Origin: an uncultured Coxiella sp.
Lineage (GTDB): Bacteria; Pseudomonadota; Gammaproteobacteria; Comchoanobacterales; Comchoanobacteraceae
DNA length: 32,867 nt
Assembly (NCBI GenBank): GCA_964008345.1
Contig: CAXGBK010000072.1
Coordinates: 1-32,867, forward strand
Direction of reading: 5' to 3'
Position numbers and translations under genes: made by a program. Shown here piece by piece: positions 1 through 7,401 of the stretch. Below the pieces are notes generated by a model. The model was not told the origin of the DNA and did no database searches. It saw only the letters and a list, made by a program, of their open reading frames with translations. Within the stretch, counting starts at the first letter, position 1, and each line of letters starts with the position of its first letter.

Positions 1-786
1 GTTCAATATTGCACCACCCGCAAGCACTGAAAAATACTTTTGATTATGAAGCTCATTTAACCCAGCAAACAATTTCATTTCATGATCAAGAACCACTCGG
101 TCTGGATGACTTAGATAATAAGTTGTTGCGCATCTCTGATCGTTTTCCTTATACAGATCCAATGTACGCTTCGTTGAATGAACACGCCCTAATGCATCAG
201 CACACTGTGTAGCAAAAAACGATTTAAGCATGTCTTTATAAGCCCACACATAACCTATACTGGCACCAGAATTAAGATAACGAAAAACAGTAGAACTTGG
301 CATACTAGGATACTTGACTCCAACATCAATATCCGGGAACAGCCAATTGTCAGTTGAGAATACCAATGGTTTATTAAACGATTTAAAAGTCTGAATCAAA
401 TCAGAACTAGAAGCATGAATAAAAACATCATAAGCATCTACAAACAACACGATATCATGATCCGGCAAATGCTCCAAATAAGCTTGCAAATGCATTGGCT
501 TGTCAAGCAACCCCTGCCATTTACTCCCAACACCTAATATTGTTAATGGTAATGACCACTGCCTAGCAGAATCTAAAAGATAATGCGCCTCCTCTAAATG
601 ATTACCCACACTAACAACATGAAAATGCGTTTCATCGACAACTGACAACTGATAAACACCATCGTGTAACCATGCATAATACTTATTGCGAAACTGTAGA
701 GATAACAATAAAAAACTTTGTACAAGCAAGCACAAAAATAACAGCAACCCCATTGCCATTCCAACATCTTTGTACAACTTATACAT
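1..786 (-). CDS. PLOD/lysyl-hydroxylase-type (GT-A, DxD) glycosyltransferase-like protein with N-terminal signal anchor; partial, C-terminus runs off the window
   Basis: Checked codon by codon: the minus-strand frame has no stop from 816 down to position 1. It is absent from the ORF track because no stop lies in the window. First ATG is at 786, with alternatives at 759 and 753. The translation starts MYKLYKDVGMAMGLLLFLCLLVQSFLLLSLQFRNKYY. It contains VLFVDAYDV (DxD) followed about 60 aa later by RYLNSGASIGY. From memory this resembles the F(T/V)DSYDV ... FLNSGGFIGY layout of the glycosyltransferase domain of lysyl hydroxylases. Confidence 0.6.
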   Translation of the reverse strand, partial: MYKLYKDVGMAMGLLLFLCLLVQSFLLLSLQFRNKYYAWLHDGVYQLSVVDETHFHVVSVGNHLEEAHYLLDSARQWSLPLTILGVGSKWQGLLDKPMHLQAYLEHLPDHDIVLFVDAYDVFIHASSSDLIQTFKSFNKPLVFSTDNWLFPDIDVGVKYPSMPSSTVFRYLNSGASIGYVWAYKDMLKSFFATQCADALGRVHSTKRTLDLYKENDQRCATTYYLSHPDRVVLDHEMKLFAGLNELHNQKYFSVLAGGAILN

Positions 787-789
787 AAT

Positions 790-797
790 CCCCCCCC
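790..797 (-). repeat. Homopolymeric C8 (G8 on the coding strand) 3 nt upstream of ATG 786 of the glycosyltransferase ORF
   Basis: Direct reading gives ataat-cccccccc-tac at 785-800. It is the longest G/C run I saw in an otherwise AT-leaning window. Confidence 0.9.
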
Positions 798-953
798 TAC
801 AATTATTTAATCGTTTTTAAACAACATAAAAATAATGTCTATATCCCAATCATAATATAATCATTCACATACGCATTCAAAATATCACCCTAACTGTTTA
901 CAGTATGCTCAAAAAATGATTTGATAACAACATACGAAAAATAAGGTCCTATC

Positions 954-2291
954 ATGCGTGCGTTTAACATTCCACTACACACACTACTAAGCATCACATT
1001 ACTAATAGTAAGTTCACAGGCCTCAAGCGTAACGCAAAAAAAATCTTCTCTCAATAAAATTCTTGCTGATATTATGCCAAAAATAGCTACAATCTATGTT
1101 GAGAGTAGTACAAACGCGGAAAATAACCCTGAGACATTGCAAACTAGCCAGTCCAGCGTACCCAAAAATAATACGGGAACAGGGTTTTTCATTTCTAGCA
1201 ATGGACTACTATTAACAAACGCACATGTTGTAAAAGATGCCAAAACCATCCTAATCAACCTCTACAATGGAGGAGAAACGACAGGAAATGTAATAGGAAT
1301 AGATCACGAAACAGACATTGCACTAGTGAAAACAAACATTAAATCAACACCATTCATCCAATTAGATCATTTCAGACAACCACAAATTGGTGACAACGTC
1401 TATGCAATAGGCAATAGCTTTGGATTAAATCACAGCGTCACCAAAGGGATTATCAGCGCATTACACCGCAACATCACCCCACACCGCGTAGAAGACTTCA
1501 TACAAACCGATTCGTCTATAAACGTTGGCAACTCAGGTGGGCCGCTCATTAATCAATTTGGAGAACTGGTAGGTATTAACAATATGATTATAGGAGTTGC
1601 AGGTGGCAATAACGGCGTCGGCTTTGCAATCCCTACCAGTATAGCACGAAATATCAGTTTACAACTCGCAGAGCATGGTAACACCAAACCAGGCATAGTC
1701 GGAATTGTATCACAAAATCTTACACCTGATTTAGCAAAAGCACTGAATGCACCAAGCTCTGAAGGGGTTCTTGTCAGTCAAATCGTACCTGAATCACCAG
1801 CTGAGAAAGCACACCTTAAAACAGGCGATGTTATCGTGAGAATAAACACTGATGACGTCCATTCTAGCAGCCAAATGCGGGCCAATATCTACACACAGCG
1901 GGCTGGGAGTAAACTGAGCATAACTTTTTATCGTAATGGTGAGAAGAAAACAGCCGAAGTCATTACTGAGTCAACACACGAGCCTATTTCAAAGAAAGAC
2001 AACAACAGTACGACCAACGCACCCTTAGATGGTGTTGCTTTAGTTAACCACGAATCGATAGATCTTGATGGACATAAACTTTTGGGACTACGAGTTATTA
2101 ACGTTAAAGAAGGTACAAAAGCATGGCTTTCAGGACTGTATCCTAATGATATCATTCTCAAAATCAATCAAAAGAGCATCACCTCCATCCATCAGTTGCA
2201 AAAGCTAAAAAAATCCAATTCCGATAAACCTTGGTTACTAAAAATAATACGAGGCACGCAAAATTTATTTTTGGCAATTAAATCTAATTAA
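954..2291 (+). CDS. htrA: Periplasmic serine endoprotease, DegP/DegQ/HtrA family (protease domain plus two PDZ-like segments)
   Basis: 445-aa ORF with a signal peptide, MRAFNIPLHTLLSITLLIVSSQASS. Catalytic triad contexts are TNAHVV (His), DIALVK (Asp) and GNSGGPL (Ser). The length fits a two-PDZ HtrA. AAGG lies about 10 nt upstream of the ATG. Confidence 0.95.
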   Translation: MRAFNIPLHTLLSITLLIVSSQASSVTQKKSSLNKILADIMPKIATIYVESSTNAENNPETLQTSQSSVPKNNTGTGFFISSNGLLLTNAHVVKDAKTILINLYNGGETTGNVIGIDHETDIALVKTNIKSTPFIQLDHFRQPQIGDNVYAIGNSFGLNHSVTKGIISALHRNITPHRVEDFIQTDSSINVGNSGGPLINQFGELVGINNMIIGVAGGNNGVGFAIPTSIARNISLQLAEHGNTKPGIVGIVSQNLTPDLAKALNAPSSEGVLVSQIVPESPAEKAHLKTGDVIVRINTDDVHSSSQMRANIYTQRAGSKLSITFYRNGEKKTAEVITESTHEPISKKDNNSTTNAPLDGVALVNHESIDLDGHKLLGLRVINVKEGTKAWLSGLYPNDIILKINQKSITSIHQLQKLKKSNSDKPWLLKIIRGTQNLFLAIKSN

Positions 2292-2411
2292 CTTTAGTAA
2301 GACAAAAACTTAGCTTACTAATATCGACTAAAAAGCAACTAGTTAAAAAACGGTACTTGAAGATAGCTTACGTTTACTTTACATTAAAAGCAGGCACTAA
2401 CAAGTTATATA

Positions 2412-3452
2412 ATGGGTACATTGAACAAACTTAAAAGCGTTATAGCTCGAAACGATCTTCTTTTACGAGGCATCATTCCATTGGTTGCGTACAGCTCCTG
2501 GATGCTTCCATCTATATTGCAAACCTCCATGATTTTCATCGGTTGTAGTGTAAGTGCACTTTATGCACTATCTGACATTAAACAATGGTTTAAAAGAGCA
2601 TATTATCATTTTATCGAACCACAAACCCAACACTTCAGAGAAGGCTTAGTCGATATAACGCTTATGAGCATACAATTATACCTCAGCATTATTCAATCTA
2701 CGGGTATGGCACACCACTTCATTAGCAAAAAAAGCATCTTTAATAGCCAAATCAGCGCATACCTTGAACAAACATACCATAAAGGACGAGAACTAGCACA
2801 ATCTGGCCTATCTCTCTTATTTATAGAAGCAAAGTATACTATCCAGAGTGGTTACTTCAGACCGATGAGCGACTGGATCAACAAATATGCTGAAATAATA
2901 GCTTTTAGCTTTATGGCAACCACACTGCTTACTACTCATCCCTTATTGCATCTGTTTCAGCAACCCGTATCAGCTGTATATTGTATGTTATCCCTATTTA
3001 TGATAACCGACATCATTCACCAAACGCTATTTAGCAAACGGGCAACAGAATCTTCATTACCGCTTCATCTACTGATCCATATCGTCTATCTGTTATCGTG
3101 GTCTAGCATCCTACTCATCTCATCTAAGGCCTTTCTCACACCAGCACTGATCGCAAAGGCGGGCTGGTTGAAACCGTTCTACAAATTTAGTAATTTTGGC
3201 CATTTGCCAATTTTCATCAGTTCAATTATAACCGGTTGTAGTCAAATAATACGACAAATAGACTCTGAGTCCAACAATCATCCCATGTATGAAATAAAAG
3301 GATCAAATCGCGATAAGCATCTCCATCCATCTCTACATAACAACGTCAAAGCGCAGGACATCCAAAAGAAAGCCACTGCAAATAAAATTGCGCCTCAGCC
3401 AAAAACAAAGCAAGCAAATCACGAGGCCAGACCACAGGGGATACACATGTGA
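2412..3452 (+). CDS. Hypothetical polytopic membrane protein with Lys/Gln-rich hydrophilic C-terminal tail
   Basis: 346-aa ORF with no competing ORF. It has at least six hydrophobic helices. The last ~60 aa are hydrophilic (NNHPMYEIKGSNRDKHLH...KTKQANHEARPQGIHM). I recognise no catalytic motif and see no clear SD. Confidence 0.6.
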   Translation: MGTLNKLKSVIARNDLLLRGIIPLVAYSSWMLPSILQTSMIFIGCSVSALYALSDIKQWFKRAYYHFIEPQTQHFREGLVDITLMSIQLYLSIIQSTGMAHHFISKKSIFNSQISAYLEQTYHKGRELAQSGLSLLFIEAKYTIQSGYFRPMSDWINKYAEIIAFSFMATTLLTTHPLLHLFQQPVSAVYCMLSLFMITDIIHQTLFSKRATESSLPLHLLIHIVYLLSWSSILLISSKAFLTPALIAKAGWLKPFYKFSNFGHLPIFISSIITGCSQIIRQIDSESNNHPMYEIKGSNRDKHLHPSLHNNVKAQDIQKKATANKIAPQPKTKQANHEARPQGIHM

Positions 3453-3562
3453 AAACAATAGCCCAAAACATAGATTGTATCATCATTTAACTACAGCAAG
3501 TAAATGATCGATATATAAAAAAATCCAACTGAATGACTTATTCAAGCAATCAAAAAAACACC

Positions 3563-5161
3563 CTACATCGGTAATAAATCGCTAGCTAGATCATCCGATG
3601 AAAAACATCTTTTACGAGAATATACCAATCCAGAACCGCTTCTTATCTGACCAGACAACAGAGGCGTATTCACGCTAGCATGATCCTGCACTTCTCGCCG
3701 AACAGAGCATGATCTTCGCAGAAACTTATAAAATGGCAATGCAAAGGTAAAAAATAGCAAGGGCATAGCACCATCACTACCACAAACAGATGCCACTTCT
3801 TGTCGCCGCAAGCTGGCACGGAAATTTAGCGGTGGGTTAACCACGGATCTGGGCGATGATGCGGTTACTTTGTGGAACGCATTCGCTGTGGCAAAGGGTA
3901 AAACCTTAGGCACAAACATTTTAGAAAATGTACGCCAAACATAGTGGGTATAGCTATCTAATGGCGCCATTAAAAAACCGTTTTTTTTATCAAACACACC
4001 ATAGCCGTCGCCAATTTTACGAAAGAGATGCCTCCGTCCAAATTTCACGGCTTTAAACAATTTCAGCTTCTTAATAAAACAAATAAAATAGGATAGCTTA
4101 CTAATATCTTGCGACAGGATACATAATCCATTAGTATGGTCAGCCTTGTTTTGAAGCACCATAGCATCCAGATCGTCAACACCTACCGTAGATTCAGAGA
4201 AAAACTTATAATCAGCATACCCCAATGGTACTGCACCAGGATCATTATCACGATCACCCGTACCAACAGCGTGCTGTTTGCTTATTTGTGTATCTGGGTA
4301 TAATTCCCTATACGTCTGTCTAACATGAGCTTCTTTTCCTTCAAAGGTGCCATTTATTCGAGGTGTAACACAAGCCATAACATCTCTTTCACTGAAAGCC
4401 AATCGATGGACAGGATCAGCCAAATCGCCTAGTTTGAGAGTCTCAAATTTAGGCGGAAAAACCGAACCTGTTAATAAAGAAACATTAAAAACAAGTCTAG
4501 AATACGCATTTTCTAATGATAAACGATCGTATCGTACCAACCTATCTTGCCTACCAGCAAAAAAATTACGCGTATGATTCTCACATGAAGTCTTTTCTCC
4601 TGTAAGAATATGCATCACTTTTGCTGAGCTTAAATTGGATGCATAGGCCAAAATGCGTTTTGCAAAAATATGAAAATAGTCGTTACAATCATCGCAATCG
4701 TCTCCTTTGGTAAAAGAAACAACTACGGCCCCAACCGCATCAATAACCCGATAGGAAAAATCCAAATTGACTTGTTTGTTTCTCTCCATATACGGCTTGA
4801 TAAAAATAGCCTTCACCAGTTTCACCGGTGAAAATACATACAAATGGTTATAGGAGCCTTGCGGGGCAGTTTGCTCTACACAACGAGCTTCATTCGTCCT
4901 CAGGGTAGAAAATTGCATAGTAGACACGATTACACCTGGATCTTTACGCAAAAAGATATGTGCCAATCTTGCCATAACAGCCTCATTTTTTGATTCAACA
5001 ACCACCATCCCTGCGCTTAAAGATACCGAGTAATGATCGACATCGATATCCGGGATCAAGGCGCTTACAAATACATGCCATAATTCGGTAGCGTTTCGAA
5101 TTACCACCCTGTGTGTAGCTGATGCTTTTAACAAAAAATAATCCCCTTGATATACAATCAC
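3563..5161 (-). CDS. Hypothetical protein, up to 532 aa, no recognisable domain; start uncertain
   Basis: Long uninterrupted ORF. The track start at 5161 is GTG with no SD. In-frame ATGs lie at 5008 (M52) and 4975 (M63); the latter is preceded by AATGAGGCTGTT (GAGG, 6-nt spacing). The 62 open codons upstream of M63 argue that at least part of the extension is coding. Confidence 0.6.
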   Translation of the reverse strand: MIVYQGDYFLLKASATHRVVIRNATELWHVFVSALIPDIDVDHYSVSLSAGMVVVESKNEAVMARLAHIFLRKDPGVIVSTMQFSTLRTNEARCVEQTAPQGSYNHLYVFSPVKLVKAIFIKPYMERNKQVNLDFSYRVIDAVGAVVVSFTKGDDCDDCNDYFHIFAKRILAYASNLSSAKVMHILTGEKTSCENHTRNFFAGRQDRLVRYDRLSLENAYSRLVFNVSLLTGSVFPPKFETLKLGDLADPVHRLAFSERDVMACVTPRINGTFEGKEAHVRQTYRELYPDTQISKQHAVGTGDRDNDPGAVPLGYADYKFFSESTVGVDDLDAMVLQNKADHTNGLCILSQDISKLSYFICFIKKLKLFKAVKFGRRHLFRKIGDGYGVFDKKNGFLMAPLDSYTHYVWRTFSKMFVPKVLPFATANAFHKVTASSPRSVVNPPLNFRASLRRQEVASVCGSDGAMPLLFFTFALPFYKFLRRSCSVRREVQDHASVNTPLLSGQIRSGSGLVYSRKRCFSSDDLASDLLPM

Positions 5162-5181
5162 TAGCAGACATACATAGCAAC

Positions 5182-5196
5182 ATACAATTATTGTAT
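5182..5196. promoter_or_regulatory. Perfect palindrome ATACAAT-T-ATTGTAT (17 bp with flanking C/G, 5181-5197); candidate operator, copy 1
   Basis: Read directly. The identical 15-mer recurs at 8033-8047. It lies 21 nt upstream of the GTG at 5161. An extra half-site ATACAAT sits at 5152-5158, 30 nt away. The motif fits the generic T-N11-A / ATAC-N7-GTAT dyad used by LysR-type regulators. Confidence 0.45.
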
Positions 5197-5354
5197 GGGG
5201 ATGTTAACCTGAGGATCATATAAAATCAATTATCTATAAAATAAGCATACCACAACCGTATTTATAATCATCAAATGCGCATACGGTTTAATCTTACACA
5301 TAAAGCTAACCGCCCCCCTAATCGTTAACAGCCACCATACCGTTTTAATAAAAA

Positions 5355-5729
5355 CTACTCCTCTAGCATCAAAGGACGCGTCTCAGATACGCTGTCTCCA
5401 TCAGCTAGAAATGGCGTATCCGACATCTCAGAAAAACCAAAACTCATCTGCATTTTCTCTTCACGAAGGACCATCATAATCATATCTCGAAACACACTAC
5501 GCGGCCTTCTAAAAAGAAAAAATCGCCGCGCGGTTTGCAAAGAATTTAGATAAAAAGTAACTTCCCTCTCCAATAAACGAGAGTCGGTTATCAAGTGAAT
5601 GCATTGACGGATATAGATAATATCGTTTTGCCGCTGTGGATGTACATTTGAGCGCTGCTGCATACGCCATTCATAACAAGATAGTGCCTCCAAAAGACGA
5701 TAATGTAAACTTGAAAACTGTTTTTGCAT
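5355..5729 (-). CDS. Hypothetical protein, 124 aa
   Basis: The ORF has a good RBS, CGAGGAAAAGT-ATG (GAGG with 6-nt spacing). No motif recognised. Confidence 0.55.
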   Translation of the reverse strand: MQKQFSSLHYRLLEALSCYEWRMQQRSNVHPQRQNDIIYIRQCIHLITDSRLLEREVTFYLNSLQTARRFFLFRRPRSVFRDMIMMVLREEKMQMSFGFSEMSDTPFLADGDSVSETRPLMLEE

Positions 5730-5881
5730 ACTTTTCCTCGGTTAAAATATCCATAGCATAAAAGCACAGTCCTATTACACAATACCGTGAAAAGACCAAG
5801 GGCAAATGTCATACATAAATATCCTCAAGAACGTACAGCAACGGTGTTTACAAAACCGCAAACATGACATAACATAACCCA

Positions 5882-6235
5882 ATGAATATTATTGACTTGG
5901 AAAAAGGGAAAAAAGTATTTGGCAGTAGCGAACAAGCTAGGTCGATGTTAAAGCTTTTTATCGATGATCTGGACGATCATATTTCAAAAATCGACGAAGA
6001 TTGCCGTACTAAAAAATGGGCTTCTATGTATGAGAAAACCCATAGCCTACGCGGTGCATGCTGCTACAGCAGCACCCCTAGTCTACTAGCAAGCGTCGAA
6101 AAACTCGACAACATCATGTACCGGGTTCGCAATAATACATTACTTCAACCATCTGAAGAAAACGACATTCACCAAGCGACCGAACATCTTAAAACTATTG
6201 CGAAAAAAACCATAATAGAATCTAGTAAATACTAA
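5882..6235 (+). CDS. Stand-alone histidine phosphotransfer (HPt) domain protein
   Basis: 117 aa. EKTHSLRGACCYSSTPSLLASVEKLD fits the HPt phospho-His motif H-x-L-(K/R)-G-x5-G/S and its helix. The N-terminal LD...G....A..ML.LFIDDL also matches the usual HPt lead-in. Confidence 0.7.
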   Translation: MNIIDLEKGKKVFGSSEQARSMLKLFIDDLDDHISKIDEDCRTKKWASMYEKTHSLRGACCYSSTPSLLASVEKLDNIMYRVRNNTLLQPSEENDIHQATEHLKTIAKKTIIESSKY

Positions 6236-6302
6236 TCAGCCCAACAACTATAATGCAAAGCGCATGGCCGTTTTGGATACAATGGCCTAATAGATGGAAT
6301 AT

Positions 6303-7313
6303 CTAGGCATTTTGGATCGAAGCATCCTCACAGGCTGTGCCATAAAGTATGGGCACGTCTGCAAATTGTCTTAACAACCTATCGCGTTCATACTTTTGAT
6401 CCGGCCTAAATAACAAATGAATATTCGAACCAGCATCCATCGTAATCAGCGGCCCATCTCCATTGTTACTCCACCAGGCCTGTAAAAACTCAAGAGACCG
6501 CCTAATCAAAGGCGTGCAATACGTAAAACTTGGTTGAGAAGTATGAAACAAGCGATGCATTTCTATAAAATCAGCCCAGACCAAATGATACGTGGTCTGC
6601 CAATCCTTTCCATGCAAGGCTTTTCTCAGAGAAATATTACGCTTTAATACGTTTTCTTGTCGTTGCTCAAAATAAGGGCTTGTTCTCACAAAATGGTGCG
6701 CTTTAGACGAAGAAATATGCTTTTGCTCACTTGAAAACATCAACACAGCATGTTGCAAACGATCCCAAGTGTCAAATGAGAGAGGTTCAAGATGCTCCTG
6801 ATCCCACAAACACCAAGGACCATAAAAAGAACGACAAGAAGATCCCGACCCTCCTCGACTTAATAATGCGATACGTTTTTTAGACAACTTCAGAGAATCC
6901 TGCCTCGCATCCACTGACTCAATAGCTTTGACTGCACACGCAGTAAGGGCTGCAAAACTAGAAGACGAACTCGCTAAACCAGCAGATCGAGGAAAATTAT
7001 TTCGTGATTCTACCGTAAAGCATCCTTCGAAACCCAATTGACCCTTAACATAAGAAAGATGAGACAAAAACCGCATAATCTCGTAATGTGACAACTTAGG
7101 CACACCAGGTTTCGTCAACCAAATGTCCTTACTAAGACAAGGGTCATATGTCAAGGTAACGACCGTATAAAGTTCAGGAAGCAAATAAGATAACGTTGGA
7201 TGTAGTGCTTGATTAATACCTTCAAACGCATCACTATCTTGCTTACCAATATATTTAGTAAGCGCAATATTGACCGGCATTGAATGAGAAAATGATGATT
7301 TCACAGCCGCCAT
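6303..7313 (-). CDS. mvaD: Diphosphomevalonate decarboxylase (GHMP kinase fold)
   Basis: 336 aa. The signature blocks are NIALTKYIGK, FPRSAGLASSSSSFAALT, LSRGGSGSSCRSFYG and ITMDAGSNIHLLF. They align with NIALIKYWGK / GLASSASAYAAL / GSGSASRS / TMDAGPN of characterised MvaD proteins, as recalled from memory. Confidence 0.9.
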   Translation of the reverse strand: MAAVKSSFSHSMPVNIALTKYIGKQDSDAFEGINQALHPTLSYLLPELYTVVTLTYDPCLSKDIWLTKPGVPKLSHYEIMRFLSHLSYVKGQLGFEGCFTVESRNNFPRSAGLASSSSSFAALTACAVKAIESVDARQDSLKLSKKRIALLSRGGSGSSCRSFYGPWCLWDQEHLEPLSFDTWDRLQHAVLMFSSEQKHISSSKAHHFVRTSPYFEQRQENVLKRNISLRKALHGKDWQTTYHLVWADFIEMHRLFHTSQPSFTYCTPLIRRSLEFLQAWWSNNGDGPLITMDAGSNIHLLFRPDQKYERDRLLRQFADVPILYGTACEDASIQNA

Positions 7314-7401
7314 AGGTTAGATTAGTTCATTAATTAATGCATAATTATACTACAACGACCTAGAAGAATGCCAAACAATATTGTAAATAAATTTCGCATC
7401 T

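Noticed and set aside
9-212. 67-aa plus-strand track ORF at the left edge
   Set aside because: It lies entirely antisense to the much longer open minus-strand frame (1-786), which carries a glycosyltransferase-like DxD motif. It has no RBS and is a shadow ORF.
886-925. Possible sigmaE-type promoter upstream of htrA (CTAACTG ... TCAAA)
   Set aside because: The spacing between the AAC-containing -35-like element and TCAAA is only 12 nt, versus about 16 nt in known RpoE promoters. A weak sigma70-like alternative (TTTACA-17-TTTGAT) is not strong enough to report.
2294-2321. 8-bp inverted repeat TTAGTAAG/CTTACTAA after htrA. A similar AT-rich hairpin lies at ~3488-3514 between the convergent 346-aa and 532-aa genes, and another at 5254-5288.
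   Set aside because: The stems are AT-rich with 11-19-nt loops and no following U-tract. They are expected by chance in AT-rich spacers and are not called terminators.
1928-5812. Track ORFs 1928-2167(-), 4347-4577(+), 4995-5219(-) and 5591-5812(-)
   Set aside because: They overlap longer ORFs (htrA, the 532-aa ORF, the 124-aa ORF) in other frames or strands. Their composition is atypical and no RBS is present.
7328-7384. AT-rich palindromes CATTAATTAATG (7328-7339) and ACAATATTGT (7375-7384) upstream of mvaD
   Set aside because: They are short, purely AT-rich palindromes. The second resembles the ACAAT/ATTGT arms of the 15-bp palindrome but lacks the central base and the outer AT/TA arms. 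This is insufficient to link it to that motif.
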